Of a stretch of 64,000 nt of DNA, positions 37,293 to 47,240 are shown piece by piece; position 1 is the first letter of the stretch; every line of letters starts with the position of its first letter. The notes under the pieces were generated by a model. The model had not been told where the DNA came from. It saw only the letters and a program-made list of their open reading frames with translations, and did no database searches. Location of the stretch: the NCBI GenBank assembly GCA_965248355.1, contig OZ252098.1:4256001-4320000 (forward strand), read 5' to 3'. A program made the position numbers and the translations under genes. This DNA comes from Candidatus Latescibacterota bacterium (lineage in GTDB: Bacteria > Latescibacterota > UBA2968 > UBA8231).

Positions 37293-40169
37293 TCAGCCCC
37301 CAGGTTGTTGCGTGTTTCGGGTATAGCCGCATTCAGGCCAGGTCGAGCACCCGAGGAAGCGGCCGTGTCTGCCGATCCGGGTCTGCAGCCAGCCGCCGCA
37401 GGCGGGGCAGGCCTCGATCGGCTTGCGGCAATCCCTGCATTCAAACCCTCCGTTCGCCGGGACCGGCAATCCCTCTCCGCAGGCGGGACAGGACGGCTGT
37501 CTGTGCTCGCAGTACGGCCAGTTCGAGCAGCCGTGGAATGCGCTCCCGTTGCGGGCGTTCTCGCGGCGCACCAGGCGTCCTTCGATGCACTTGGGGCAGG
37601 GCGCCTCCTTCTCCGGCGAACGCCCGAAGACGGCGACCCCGGAGTTCCCCGCGATCAGCTCCTGGACGAATGGAGAAGGGGGGCCCCCGTCGGCGAGAAG
37701 GAAGACCTGGCGTCGGGCCCGGGTCATGGCGACGTAGAGGAGACGCCGCTCTTCGGCATTTGGATGTTCATCCGGCGCGGCAAGAACGAGTTCGAGAAGC
37801 GGGTCGTCCGCGATCTCCGACGGAAAGCCTTGTCTTCCCGAGCGCAGGCCGAGGACCACCGCATAGTCGGCTTCGAGTCCTTTGGAGCCATGTACGGTCA
37901 TATAGGACAACCGCAGACGCGGGTACCGGCTTGCCAGGCCGGACAAGTCGGGCGGCCGCATGTGCCGGTAGCGTCCCAACAACAGCACGCTCGATGCCTC
38001 CCGGCGCCCCTCGGCGTCCGCCGCGATCCTGTCGAGGGCTTCGCTCAACAGGGAGAGACCCTTCCCCCCGGCAAGGCCTGCGTGCACGCACGGTCCGTCC
38101 ACCTGGCGCGTCGAACGCACCTTCTTGCGTATCTGGGTGGGGTTGGCGAGAACGAACCGGGTCGCGGCTTCGGCGATGGCCTCCGGACACCTGAAGGTCG
38201 TCTCCAGATCGATCCGCTCGCTGGCGCCGAAGCGCTTCCCGAAATCGCGCATGACGGCGATGTCGGATCCGGCGAAGCGGAATATCGCCTGCCAGTCGTC
38301 GCCGACGGCGAACAACTGGGCGGTGGGGGACTGGTCGAGCAATGCCTTCAGCAGCCTCGCCCTTGCGGGAGAGATGTCCTGGAACTCATCGACCAGGATA
38401 TAGCCGAAGGGGCTTCGGTAGCGCCCCGCCTCCACATGTTCCGTGGCCTTGTCGATCATGTCGTGAAAGTCGATCTGTCCCAGACCGGAGAGGGTTTCCT
38501 GGTAGCGCTCGAAGACCGGTCGGAAAACAGCCAGGAACGCCTCCGCCCGAAGCCGGTCGCCGGCTCCCGCGGCCCGGCGGGAGACTTTCTCGAAGGAGAG
38601 TTGGGCGCCCTTGAAATGATGGAGGAAGGTTGCCAGCAGACGCAGGAACGGATCGATGCGGCCCTGCCGCTGGAGGACGGCGAAGACCTCGGCCGGGGGA
38701 AGCGGAGACAGGGTGACGCCGTGCGCCGCCAGCTTCTCCCTCAGATTGCCGGTCAACGCGCCGGCGGTCCGTTCCCAACTGAAGGTCTCGATGAGGACGG
38801 TGCCCTTCTCCTCATGCAGCCGGCGCTTCCACTCCACGTCCTGGAGGTACTTCTTCTCATCGACGAACCGCGCGGTCCGGCCTTCGGCATCGAGCCCGAA
38901 ATGCTCGATGTAGATCCCCGCCTCCGGGAGATGGAAGTCGGGCCGGTACTGACGCTTCTCCGGGGTCGCGGTGTTGTGTTCGTAGGGAGCTTCGTACTCG
39001 TAGGGCACGTTGTTCACGTGGAGGAAGTTGGCGATCTCGCATTCCTCCATGCTCTTCACCTTCTCTCCCTTGAGAGAGCGGATGTCGAAGCGGCGGAGGT
39101 ACTCCCAGTATTCCCCCCAGTTCCGGAACTCCTGGTGGCTCCGGTAGGGCGCGAACTGGCCCATGAACCACCTCACCAGGGCATCCGGTACCTCCCCGTC
39201 GGCGAGCAGTCCGGCGAGGATCTCCTTCAGCAGGTCGATCAGCGCCCTGTCGTCTTCCGCCACCTTGGCAAGTGACGGGCGCCTGCCCTCGGCCTTGCCG
39301 ATGATCGACATTCCAAGGCTGTGGAACGTCCGCACCGTCGCGCCCTTTGCCGCCTCGTCCCCGAGACGGCCGCGGATGCGTTCGTCGAGCTCGTCCCGGG
39401 CGTCCCTTGCGAAGGCGAGCAGGAGCAGTTCCGACGGGCGCCTGAAACCTCTCAGGACGAGCCAGCCCGCCTTGGCGACGATCACCGAGGTCTTGCCGCT
39501 GCCGGCCGCGGCGACCACGAGGTTGCGGTCCTCGTCGACCACGACCGCCCTGCGTTGCTCGTCCGTGAGGGGCCGCGCCTCCACCCGGTCGAAGAACGCC
39601 CTGGAACGCTCCAACTCACTGGCGGCGAAGGCCTCGTTGGCCCTCGCCCTGAGCGCATCGGGGCTGTTCAGGAACCCCCGTACCGCCGCCAGCATCCCGG
39701 TCTCCGGAGCCTTCGCCAGGGTGTCCGGCCATTGGCCGGGAAAGTGGGCGGCCACTTCCCGTGCGTCTCGCTCAAGATCGCGGCAGAGGTTGCGGCCCAT
39801 GTATCCCGGCGGGTCTTCGAACTGCGCCAGGCGCTCGTGGACGGAGCGGAGCGCCTCGTTCCGGGCGGCAAACTCCCGGCGCCACCAACCGACTCGGGCA
39901 GCTTCCAGCGCCGCCGAAAGCGCCTCCGCGTCAGGCCGCGTCAGCCCGGACACCGCGGCCTCCCCGGCGGCATGACTGACCCTTACCCGGCCCCAGCGCC
40001 ACCCCGTCTTCAGTTCCGCGGAATCGATGGCGCCGAGAGGAATCTCCCTGGGACCGGACGCACAGGTCAGTCGCAAGGCCGCGGCCTCAACGGTGGCGGC
40101 CCTGGCGTCCCGGCTACGGAGAATCCGGAACAGGACCGACGCGAGCCCGGGCACCCGGGAAAAGGTCAC
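37293..40169 (-). CDS. helD: UvrD-family DNA helicase IV (HelD-like) with C-terminal topoisomerase-type Zn ribbons
   Basis: GTG start overlapping the upstream stop; AAAGSGKT, VDEFQD, VGDDWQAI, TVHGSKGLE, YVAMTRAR; internal YRPDF..IEHFG segment; CPKC and FLGCSTWPEC. Confidence 0.8.
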   Translation of the reverse strand: MTFSRVPGLASVLFRILRSRDARAATVEAAALRLTCASGPREIPLGAIDSAELKTGWRWGRVRVSHAAGEAAVSGLTRPDAEALSAALEAARVGWWRREFAARNEALRSVHERLAQFEDPPGYMGRNLCRDLERDAREVAAHFPGQWPDTLAKAPETGMLAAVRGFLNSPDALRARANEAFAASELERSRAFFDRVEARPLTDEQRRAVVVDEDRNLVVAAAGSGKTSVIVAKAGWLVLRGFRRPSELLLLAFARDARDELDERIRGRLGDEAAKGATVRTFHSLGMSIIGKAEGRRPSLAKVAEDDRALIDLLKEILAGLLADGEVPDALVRWFMGQFAPYRSHQEFRNWGEYWEYLRRFDIRSLKGEKVKSMEECEIANFLHVNNVPYEYEAPYEHNTATPEKRQYRPDFHLPEAGIYIEHFGLDAEGRTARFVDEKKYLQDVEWKRRLHEEKGTVLIETFSWERTAGALTGNLREKLAAHGVTLSPLPPAEVFAVLQRQGRIDPFLRLLATFLHHFKGAQLSFEKVSRRAAGAGDRLRAEAFLAVFRPVFERYQETLSGLGQIDFHDMIDKATEHVEAGRYRSPFGYILVDEFQDISPARARLLKALLDQSPTAQLFAVGDDWQAIFRFAGSDIAVMRDFGKRFGASERIDLETTFRCPEAIAEAATRFVLANPTQIRKKVRSTRQVDGPCVHAGLAGGKGLSLLSEALDRIAADAEGRREASSVLLLGRYRHMRPPDLSGLASRYPRLRLSYMTVHGSKGLEADYAVVLGLRSGRQGFPSEIADDPLLELVLAAPDEHPNAEERRLLYVAMTRARRQVFLLADGGPPSPFVQELIAGNSGVAVFGRSPEKEAPCPKCIEGRLVRRENARNGSAFHGCSNWPYCEHRQPSCPACGEGLPVPANGGFECRDCRKPIEACPACGGWLQTRIGRHGRFLGCSTWPECGYTRNTQQPGG

Positions 40170-41332
40170 GGAACAGGGTTGTCGAGGGGAGCCAGCGCCC
40201 ACCGGGTAGCCGCCACGTGAGTCACGCTGTCGCCGAGGGTCATGTAGTAGACGGTCAACAGCGAGCCGTCCGAGAGCTCGACCGTCCGCGGATAACCCAG
40301 ATCGTCGGGTGTGCCTTTCCCGGCCACGGCCCCATCGGTTGTGAGACCGTCCTCGCGCAGTACGATCTCGTCGGCGACTTCCCAGGTTTCGCAGCCGTCG
40401 CGGGACAGGCAGGCCCGCACCCCGCAGGGAGCCCGCCGGTATCCGTAGCTGCAGAGGACGGCGCCGCTGCTCAGCAGCAACAGGTGCGGAGGATATCCCC
40501 ACATCCCGGTCTTCCAGACCTCGCTCCAGGTCTTGCCGCCGTCGTCCGAGTGCGTCTGGAACAGGTACTTCTCCTCCTGTGGAATGCGCTTGCTGCCGCT
40601 GGAGGTGCGCACCATCGCCACGACGCGGCCCTCCGGCAGCGCCAGGAGGCTGCTCTCGTTGAAGGGATGCTCGCCGTCGTCGTACGCCATCGTCACCATC
40701 TCCCAGGTGTCGCCGGCATCTTCCGAGCGCAGCACCCAGGCGCGGAACGGATCGCCTGCCCGGGCGCTTCCGTACACCTGATGCACGATCGTATCGTCCG
40801 GGAGAACGCAACTCTTCAGGTCGGCCCCGTTGCGGACCAGGGCGAAGAACGGCAGCTCGTCGCCGCTTCGGAGCAGACGATGTTTCCAGTCGCTCTCTCC
40901 CGGCCGCTTTCGCGACATCCGCAGGCTGTGCTCCACGTGGATGCGTTCGGGGAACTCCTCCACCGCAAAGCCGCGCCGCTCGAATTCCACCCTGCGCTCG
41001 GGCGGGTACGCGTTGACGGGTCGGGAGATCCTGATCCGGGTGCCGTCGCTCAGCACCGCGCTCCTCAGCGTCTCGGCGCATGGCCGGTACCGGTCGTCCT
41101 TCCCCTCCTCGAACCAGCTGTCCCCGCCGTCCGGAGAGAACAGCTCCACGTGGCCGGTGGCGCCTCCCGCCAGTCCACCCGAATGAGAGTGAGCGGCACC
41201 CTCGACGCCACGCGCCAGCGGCGTGTGGGAGTTCCAGTTGAAACCGACCCAGAGCTCGTCGCAGTCTCCCCTTGCCACCGTGGGGAAGCTGGAATAGCGA
41301 TCCTCGTCCCAGTACAATACAGAGTGATTCAC
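40166..41332 (-). CDS. Sialidase-family/BNR-repeat protein
   Basis: YSSFP, SPDGGDSW, SEDAGDTW, SDDGGKTW, DLGYPRTVELSDG; start uncertain (GTG 41332 chosen). Confidence 0.75.
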   Translation of the reverse strand: MNHSVLYWDEDRYSSFPTVARGDCDELWVGFNWNSHTPLARGVEGAAHSHSGGLAGGATGHVELFSPDGGDSWFEEGKDDRYRPCAETLRSAVLSDGTRIRISRPVNAYPPERRVEFERRGFAVEEFPERIHVEHSLRMSRKRPGESDWKHRLLRSGDELPFFALVRNGADLKSCVLPDDTIVHQVYGSARAGDPFRAWVLRSEDAGDTWEMVTMAYDDGEHPFNESSLLALPEGRVVAMVRTSSGSKRIPQEEKYLFQTHSDDGGKTWSEVWKTGMWGYPPHLLLLSSGAVLCSYGYRRAPCGVRACLSRDGCETWEVADEIVLREDGLTTDGAVAGKGTPDDLGYPRTVELSDGSLLTVYYMTLGDSVTHVAATRWALAPLDNPVP

Positions 41333-41407
41333 CGGCGTCTCAGTTGCATTCGTCCAATGATAGACAAACCGCCCGCGCGCGAAACGCGGGTCCGCAACGA
41401 GGGACTC

Positions 41408-42935
41408 ATGGAGCCGATGGATATCGGATCGAGCAAGCAACTCTTCGTCGACGACCGCTTCATCGCCACCGCCAACGGAGTGGAGCTGGTGATGAATCCA
41501 CCCTACCAGGCCGCGGAGCCGGTGGTGACCGTCGACGCCCCGTGGGAAGACCCGTCCGATACGAGCTTTGGAATCTACAGCAGCGTGTTACGGGAAGATG
41601 ACGGCCGCATCCGGTTGTGGTATCACGTGCGCAGGGCCAGGGAGGAATCCGGGCTCAGCCTCGACCAGGCCTACGTGGGCTATGCCGAGTCGACCGACGG
41701 CATCCATTTCGACAAACCGGAGCTGAACCTCATCGACGAAGGCGGGTCGACCGCCAACAACGTCGTCATCCCGGGCAAGATCGGTGGCAGCTCGGTGTGG
41801 ATCGACCCGCATGCCCCGCCCGAGGAACGCTACAAGAACCAGTCGAAGGTCTACAATCCCGAAGTGGCGATGCAGTTCCACATGCACGGCTCGCCGGACG
41901 GCATCCACTGGAAGTTCCTTCGCCGCTTGCAGCTCCCACAGCGGGGCGGCTGGGATACGCAAAACATCATTTTCCGGGACCCGGCCATCGGGAGGTACGT
42001 CCTCTACACCCACCGCTGAGGGAAACGAGAACTACCGGACGGTCAGACGGCTCGAGTCCGACGATCTCGTCAACTGGGACAACCAGAGGACGGTCATGTG
42101 GCCGGACGACGAAGACCTGGCGACATACGAGACAACCCCCGCGCTCGATCCCGCCGCGCCGGAAAAGCCCTACGGCAGGGTGCCGATGGACTATTACGGC
42201 GCTACCGTCTTCAAGTACCCGGACCCGCACGGCGTGTACGTCATGCTCGCCAACGCCAATTGGTACTGGTTCAACCGCGAGCCGGTGGTGACCACGGTCC
42301 GGGACGACCTGGATGTGGTGCGCACCGAGACGCAGCAGATCCACGGGCCCAGCCGCTTCGACGTGCGCCTGTCGGTGAGCCGCGACGGAGTGAACTTCCA
42401 GCGCTGCGGCGGACGCCGGCCCTTCCTGAGCCCGGGGCCCGAAGGCGGCTTCTCCTCGCGCATGGTGTGGGCCATGCCCCATCCGGTCCGAATGGGCGAC
42501 GAGATCTGGATCTACTACAGCGGCACCAACAGGGACCATGACGGCCTCCTCGACCCGGCGGGCCAGGACCACCTCTCCGGCATCGGCCGGGCGATTCTCC
42601 GGTTGGACGGGTTCGTTTCGGCGGATGCGGGCTACGGCGGCGGCGAAATCGTCACGCCGGTCGTTCGCTTCGAGGGGGAGCGTCTTGAGCTGAACCTCGA
42701 CACCGGAGGCGGCGGCGCGGTGCGCGTGGAGCTTCAGGACGCGCAAGGCCGGCCGGTCAGCGGCTACACGGAGCGCGATGCGTCCTGGATCTGCGGCAAT
42801 TCGGTGCGCATGCCCGTCCGCTGGGGAAAGACCTGGGATGTCAGCCCGTTGTCCGGGACACCGATCCGGATCCGTTTCGTCATGCGCGACTGCAAGCTGT
42901 ACGCCTTTCGGTTTTGCGACTCGCCGAGATCATGA
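41408..42935 (+). pseudogene. Frameshifted beta-propeller glycoside-hydrolase-like protein
   Basis: QLFVDD, YAESTDGIHF.KP, WDTQN...YVLYT then stop at 42019; continues in another frame as YRTVRRLES, SRDGVNF, LRLDGFVS, KLYAFRF. Confidence 0.7.
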
Positions 42936-43001
42936 CCCGCTGGCTGCGGGAGGGGCCCTTGCCCCGGCCCTGGTTCGCGCCACCGATCGGTTGGCCGTTC
43001 T

Positions 43002-43526
43002 CTAGCCGGAGAGCGTGGGCGAGGCCATGGTTTGCCCCTCGCCGTAGATGGCCGCCACCTGGAAGTCGCCGGCACCCAGCCGCAACACCGTCACCGTCCG
43101 GGCGTCCGGATCCACCAGCCAGTACTCCTTCACGCCGTGCTTGGCGTACAGAGCGCGTTTGAGCGTCCGGTCCCGCCCGGCGGTGGAGGGGGACAGGATC
43201 TCGACGACCAGGTCCGGCGCGCCGAGGACATTGTCGCCGCCGAGCAGCAGGTGCGCGCGCTCCTCGGATACAAACAGCAGGTCCGGCTGCACCACGTCGG
43301 TGTTCGACAGCACCACGTCGCAGGGGGCGTGAAAGACCTCGCCCAAGTCCCTCTCCTGTACGAACGCATGGAGCAACGCTCCCAGCCGGGTGCCGATTCT
43401 CTGGTGTCTCAGGTTGGGCGCGGGAACCATGGTCAGCTCTCCGTCCAATAGCTCGAAGCGCTGGTCCTCCGGGGTGTGCTGGTAGTCCTCATAGGTGAAC
43501 TTGATGGCCGGGTTGGGGCTGACCAT
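43002..43526 (-). CDS. Uma2/DUF820 family endonuclease-like protein, C-terminus slightly truncated
   Basis: ELLDGEL, H Q, VVQPD, APDLVVEILSPST, YA..GVKEYWLVDP; ends at SPTLSG. Confidence 0.85.
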   Translation of the reverse strand: MVSPNPAIKFTYEDYQHTPEDQRFELLDGELTMVPAPNLRHQRIGTRLGALLHAFVQERDLGEVFHAPCDVVLSNTDVVQPDLLFVSEERAHLLLGGDNVLGAPDLVVEILSPSTAGRDRTLKRALYAKHGVKEYWLVDPDARTVTVLRLGAGDFQVAAIYGEGQTMASPTLSG

Positions 43527-43543
43527 AGCCCTCTCCTCTCCTC

Positions 43544-44803
43544 TCACGGCGCGAACTGGTAGACCACCGGCAACTCCCCGGGGTCCGTGACGCTCGAATC
43601 CGTGTGGTGGTAGATGTTCACACGGCCGGTGCCGCAGTCCCCGAAATCGTCGCAGGAGAGCACGCCGATGAGACCCTGGAAGCCGGCCGTCGCCCCGATC
43701 CCCTTGCGCAACTCGGCGCGGTCCACGTACAGCTTGCCGTCCTCCTCCACGGCGACGGCTTCGATGGCGGCGAGCAGCACCGTCGCGGCGTCGTACGCGT
43801 GCGCCCAGAAGGGAGAGGGATGAGTACCGCCGGACGTGGCTTCGATCTCGGCCAGTATCGCGTCCGCGTTCTTGCTGGTCGCCGTGTTGACGCTTGATCC
43901 ATGCACCGGCTCCGGTCCGGCAAAGTAGATGCCCTCCGACTGCGGCGTGCCGAGGAACTCGGACAGGAGGAGGGCCGCGTCGGTGATGAGCACCGCGCCT
44001 TCCAGACCCTCGAAGACCCGCACCTGCTCGGCGAAGGGCGACCCTTCGGCGTCGAAGAGCGGGAAGAAGATGCCGTCCGGCCCGGCCGCGGCGAACTCGG
44101 CGAGGACATCGGTCATGTCCCGGTCGCCCTTCTCGATCCTGGCGGTGACCGCGACCTCCCCGCCGAGGGCGCGGAACTCATGGCCGAAGGCGACGGTGAG
44201 GCCCATGGTGTAGGGGTCGCCGTCGTCTATGGACACCATGCGCCGCAGGCCCAGCTCGCCGTAGGCGAAATCGGCGACCGCCTGCCCCTGGTAGAGGTCG
44301 TTGTTGGCCGTGCGGAAATAGCCGGGGTGATAGTCGGGACTCGCCGTGCCGGCGAGGTCGGATGTGAGCGCAGGCGAGGTGTTGGACGGCGAGATCATCA
44401 CCAGCCCCGCGGCGCTCAGCAGCGGGGAAGCCGCCACGGCCGCGGCCGAGCACGATGTGCCGATGACGGCCAGCACCATCGGGTCGGCGATGACCTGCTC
44501 GGCGCTCGCGCGCCCGCCCTCCGGCGAGCACATGGAGTCTATCGCCTCGCCGAGTTCGATCTCGTGCCCGTGGATGGTGCCGAAGTCCTGGACGGCCAGC
44601 TCGATGCTGTACCGCGACCACTCCGCCAGAGACGGCACGCCGGTGTGCGCGAGCAGGGACCGGATCTGCACCCCCTCCCCCTCGCCGACCTCGACCGCGC
44701 CGAGGGGACCGGCCTCGAAGCTGCCGACCGGTTCATCCTTCCCGCAGGCCGTCATCAGTCCCGCCAGCAGGACGAAGCGAAATCCCACGATTGCGTTCTT
44801 CAT
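43544..44803 (-). CDS. Branched-chain amino-acid ABC substrate-binding lipoprotein (orphan)
   Basis: LMTAC lipobox, IGTSCS, ISPSNT, FRT..ND..QG, AYDA. Confidence 0.85.
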   Translation of the reverse strand: MKNAIVGFRFVLLAGLMTACGKDEPVGSFEAGPLGAVEVGEGEGVQIRSLLAHTGVPSLAEWSRYSIELAVQDFGTIHGHEIELGEAIDSMCSPEGGRASAEQVIADPMVLAVIGTSCSAAAVAASPLLSAAGLVMISPSNTSPALTSDLAGTASPDYHPGYFRTANNDLYQGQAVADFAYGELGLRRMVSIDDGDPYTMGLTVAFGHEFRALGGEVAVTARIEKGDRDMTDVLAEFAAAGPDGIFFPLFDAEGSPFAEQVRVFEGLEGAVLITDAALLLSEFLGTPQSEGIYFAGPEPVHGSSVNTATSKNADAILAEIEATSGGTHPSPFWAHAYDAATVLLAAIEAVAVEEDGKLYVDRAELRKGIGATAGFQGLIGVLSCDDFGDCGTGRVNIYHHTDSSVTDPGELPVVYQFAP

Positions 44804-44836
44804 CGGGTGACCTCCAACTGGTTCGGATGGATCCAG

Positions 44837-45135
44837 CTATTTCAGCAGCAGGAGTTTGCGCGTATCGACCTGCTGCCCAGCCTGCAGCCGGTAAGTATAC
44901 ACACCAGTGGCCAACTCGCGTCCGTGATCGTCCCGGCCGTCCCACGTGACCGAGTGATGCCCCGCATCCAGGACCGTGCTCAACAAGGGTCTCCTGGCCC
45001 GCGCGTCCAGGACACGGGCTGGCAGGTTCTCCAGCAACCGGCGCGCCTCCTCCACCACCGGACCCGTCATCCCCCGGGCGGACGCCTTGCGGATCTCCCG
45101 GTCCAACATGGCGAAGTACTCGTAGTCCTCCGTCG
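44837..45135 (-). pseudogene. Fused C-terminal remnants: DUF4091-like helix plus FlgD-Ig/secretion C-terminal domain
   Basis: EDYEYFAML..., then HSVTWDGRDDHGRELATGVYTYRLQAG...RKLLLLK; no plausible start or N-terminus. Confidence 0.6.
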
Positions 45136-45267
45136 AGCTCCAGGCGGTGGCCGAGTGCCTCGGTCCCAGCGCGGTGGGAGCGTAGAGGTCGACGTACCCG
45201 GTCTTCTGGGCAGCCGTACAGCAGGATCGGGTAGGCTCGCCGGCAGTCATCCGTTTCAATAATATAC

Positions 45268-45296
45268 TTGTTTCCCCCGCGGTGAAACACTAAAAT
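45268..45296 (+). promoter_or_regulatory. Sigma70-like promoter with an overlapping inverted repeat (putative AbiEi autoregulatory operator)
   Basis: TTGTTT (45268), 17 bp, TAAAAT (45291); TGTTTC-N9-GAAACA at 45269-45289; GGAGG RBS before ATG 45328. Confidence 0.6.
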
Positions 45297-45327
45297 AGAT
45301 GGAACGCTTAGCAGGAGAAGGAGGCCC

Positions 45328-46407
45328 ATGCCCGTACCGGACAAACAGCCACCGACCGGGACGCAGGTCGCGCGTCGCGTCGAGCGAGCTCTGGCTGAAC
45401 GAATTCCGTCCGGCTGGTCACTTCGCGCCCGGATCGGGGCGCCGGCCGGGCGCTACCGCGTGGACCTGCTGGCCGAGATCGCGTCACCCGAGGGCGCGAC
45501 TGCGGTTATTGCCGTCGAGATCAAGCGAACTCTGGAGCCACGCGGCGTCCTCCAGGCAGTCGAGCAGATCTCTGCGATTACGGCCGGCGCGTTGCCTCGG
45601 GCGGTACCTGTAGTGGCGGCCTCCTACCTCTCCCCCCGCACCCGTGCCCTCCTTCGTGACCGCGGCGTCGGCTACGTCGACACTACGGGCAATGTTCGTA
45701 TCGAAGCTTCTACGCCGGGGCTGTTCATTTCTGCCGACGGCGTCGATCGTGATCCCTGGCCAAGGGATCACAAGCTCCAGTCCCTGCGGGGCCGGGGTGC
45801 TGCACGTGCCGTGAGGGCCATCATCGACACATTCCCCCCGTACGGTGTCCGACAACTGGCCCAGTCGACCAGCGTGTCGGCTCCGACCTTGTCGCGCGTG
45901 TTGGACTTGCTCGAACGGGAAGCCATCGTGACCCGTATGCGCGGTGCCGTATCTGCCGTCGATTGGCAAGGCGCGATTCGGCGATGGACTGAGGATTACG
46001 ACCAAACGGGCTCGAACACGTCCACGATGGCTCTTGAGCCGCGCGGGCTGCCGGCTTTCGAGAAAAAGCTCCGGGCGACGAAGCTCGCGTACGTCGCCAC
46101 CGGCGCGTTCGCCGCCCAGCGATTCGATCCCATCGCCCCCGCTAGACTGGCGGCCATCTACGTCACTGACGCGATCGAGTTCATTGACCATCTGGATCTC
46201 AGGGAGACCGAAGCCGGCGCCAACGTGGTGATCATAGAGCCTCTCGACCCCGTCGTCTTTGATCGGGCGGTCGACCGCGACGGCCTTCGTTGCGTCGCTC
46301 CCAGCCAGCTCGCCGCGGACCTTCTGACCGGGCCAGGTCGGGAACCGTCGCAGGGTGAGCACGTACTGAAATGGATGGAGAGGAACGAGCATGTCTGGCG
46401 GTCCTGA
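45328..46407 (+). CDS. AbiEi-like type IV TA antitoxin/transcriptional regulator
   Basis: N-terminal D..EIK PD-(D/E)xK-like segment, central HTH (GVRQLAQSTSVSAPTLSRVL), C-terminal ATGAFAA...VAPSQLAADLL. Confidence 0.7.
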   Translation: MPVPDKQPPTGTQVARRVERALAERIPSGWSLRARIGAPAGRYRVDLLAEIASPEGATAVIAVEIKRTLEPRGVLQAVEQISAITAGALPRAVPVVAASYLSPRTRALLRDRGVGYVDTTGNVRIEASTPGLFISADGVDRDPWPRDHKLQSLRGRGAARAVRAIIDTFPPYGVRQLAQSTSVSAPTLSRVLDLLEREAIVTRMRGAVSAVDWQGAIRRWTEDYDQTGSNTSTMALEPRGLPAFEKKLRATKLAYVATGAFAAQRFDPIAPARLAAIYVTDAIEFIDHLDLRETEAGANVVIIEPLDPVVFDRAVDRDGLRCVAPSQLAADLLTGPGREPSQGEHVLKWMERNEHVWRS

Positions 46408-47227
46408 CCCTCTGTACGTGCGCGCCCGCATTGCGCTGCTCGAGGTAGCCGAGGCGCTGGAGGAACAACTCGACGCCGTCGTGCTCGTCGGCGCTCAGGC
46501 CGTCTATGTCCACACCGGCGATGCGGATTTCGTCGCCGCCGCCCCGCACACGACCGACGCCGACTTCTGCATAGCGCCAGCACATCTGACCGACACGCCC
46601 CTCCTGGACGAACTGCTGACGGCGCGCGGGTTCTCGCCCGGAGAGCATCCAGGCGCCTGGCTCAGCCCGGACGGGATTCCCGTCGACCTCATGGTTCCCG
46701 AAGCGCTGGCCGGAGCCGGTTCCAGGGGAGCCCGCCTTGGACCCCACGGCAAGAGAGTCGCAAGACGAGCCAAGGGCCTTGAGGGAGCGCTCGTCGATCG
46801 GAAGCTCACGAAGATCATTTCACTCACGCCAGGCGTCGAACGATCAGTTGAGATGCTCGTCGCTGGGCCGGCGGCGCTGCTCGTGGCCAAGGTCCACAAG
46901 ATCGCCGAACGCACCACCGGGACCGCTGACCGTGTCAGCGACAAGGACGCGCTCGATCTCCTGCGTCTCCTGCAGGCCACTGAAACCGCGACACTCGCGG
47001 CACGCTTGGTGGACCTTGCGGACGATACGGCCAGCGCGAAGGTCGCGGCCGAAGCGGTGTCCAAGCTCGCGCCGTTGTTCGGTAGCCTAGACGCGATGGG
47101 AATCAGCATGGCGGTCCGTGCTGCCCGCGCCGACGCCGAGGCGGCCATGATTTCCGCTTCGTTTACTACGCTCGTGTCAGAACTCCTCGCCGCCTACCGC
47201 TGTAGACTGCGTGGGAACACGCACTGA
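46391..47227 (+). CDS. Nucleotidyltransferase-fold protein (AbiEii-like toxin)
   Basis: VLVGAQAV, TTDAD, VDLMVP, AKVHK, KDALD. Confidence 0.7.
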   Translation: MSGGPDPLYVRARIALLEVAEALEEQLDAVVLVGAQAVYVHTGDADFVAAAPHTTDADFCIAPAHLTDTPLLDELLTARGFSPGEHPGAWLSPDGIPVDLMVPEALAGAGSRGARLGPHGKRVARRAKGLEGALVDRKLTKIISLTPGVERSVEMLVAGPAALLVAKVHKIAERTTGTADRVSDKDALDLLRLLQATETATLAARLVDLADDTASAKVAAEAVSKLAPLFGSLDAMGISMAVRAARADAEAAMISASFTTLVSELLAAYRCRLRGNTH

Positions 47228-47240
47228 GAAAGACCCAGGC

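Noticed and set aside
37293..41081. 1262-aa ORF, and other N-terminally extended ORFs (50664-54545, 24632-26686, 8145-10205, 14059-15729, 61040-62791), as fusion proteins
   Set aside because: The extensions are off-frame reads of upstream genes; internal starts with RBS or stop-start overlaps explain the real CDSs.
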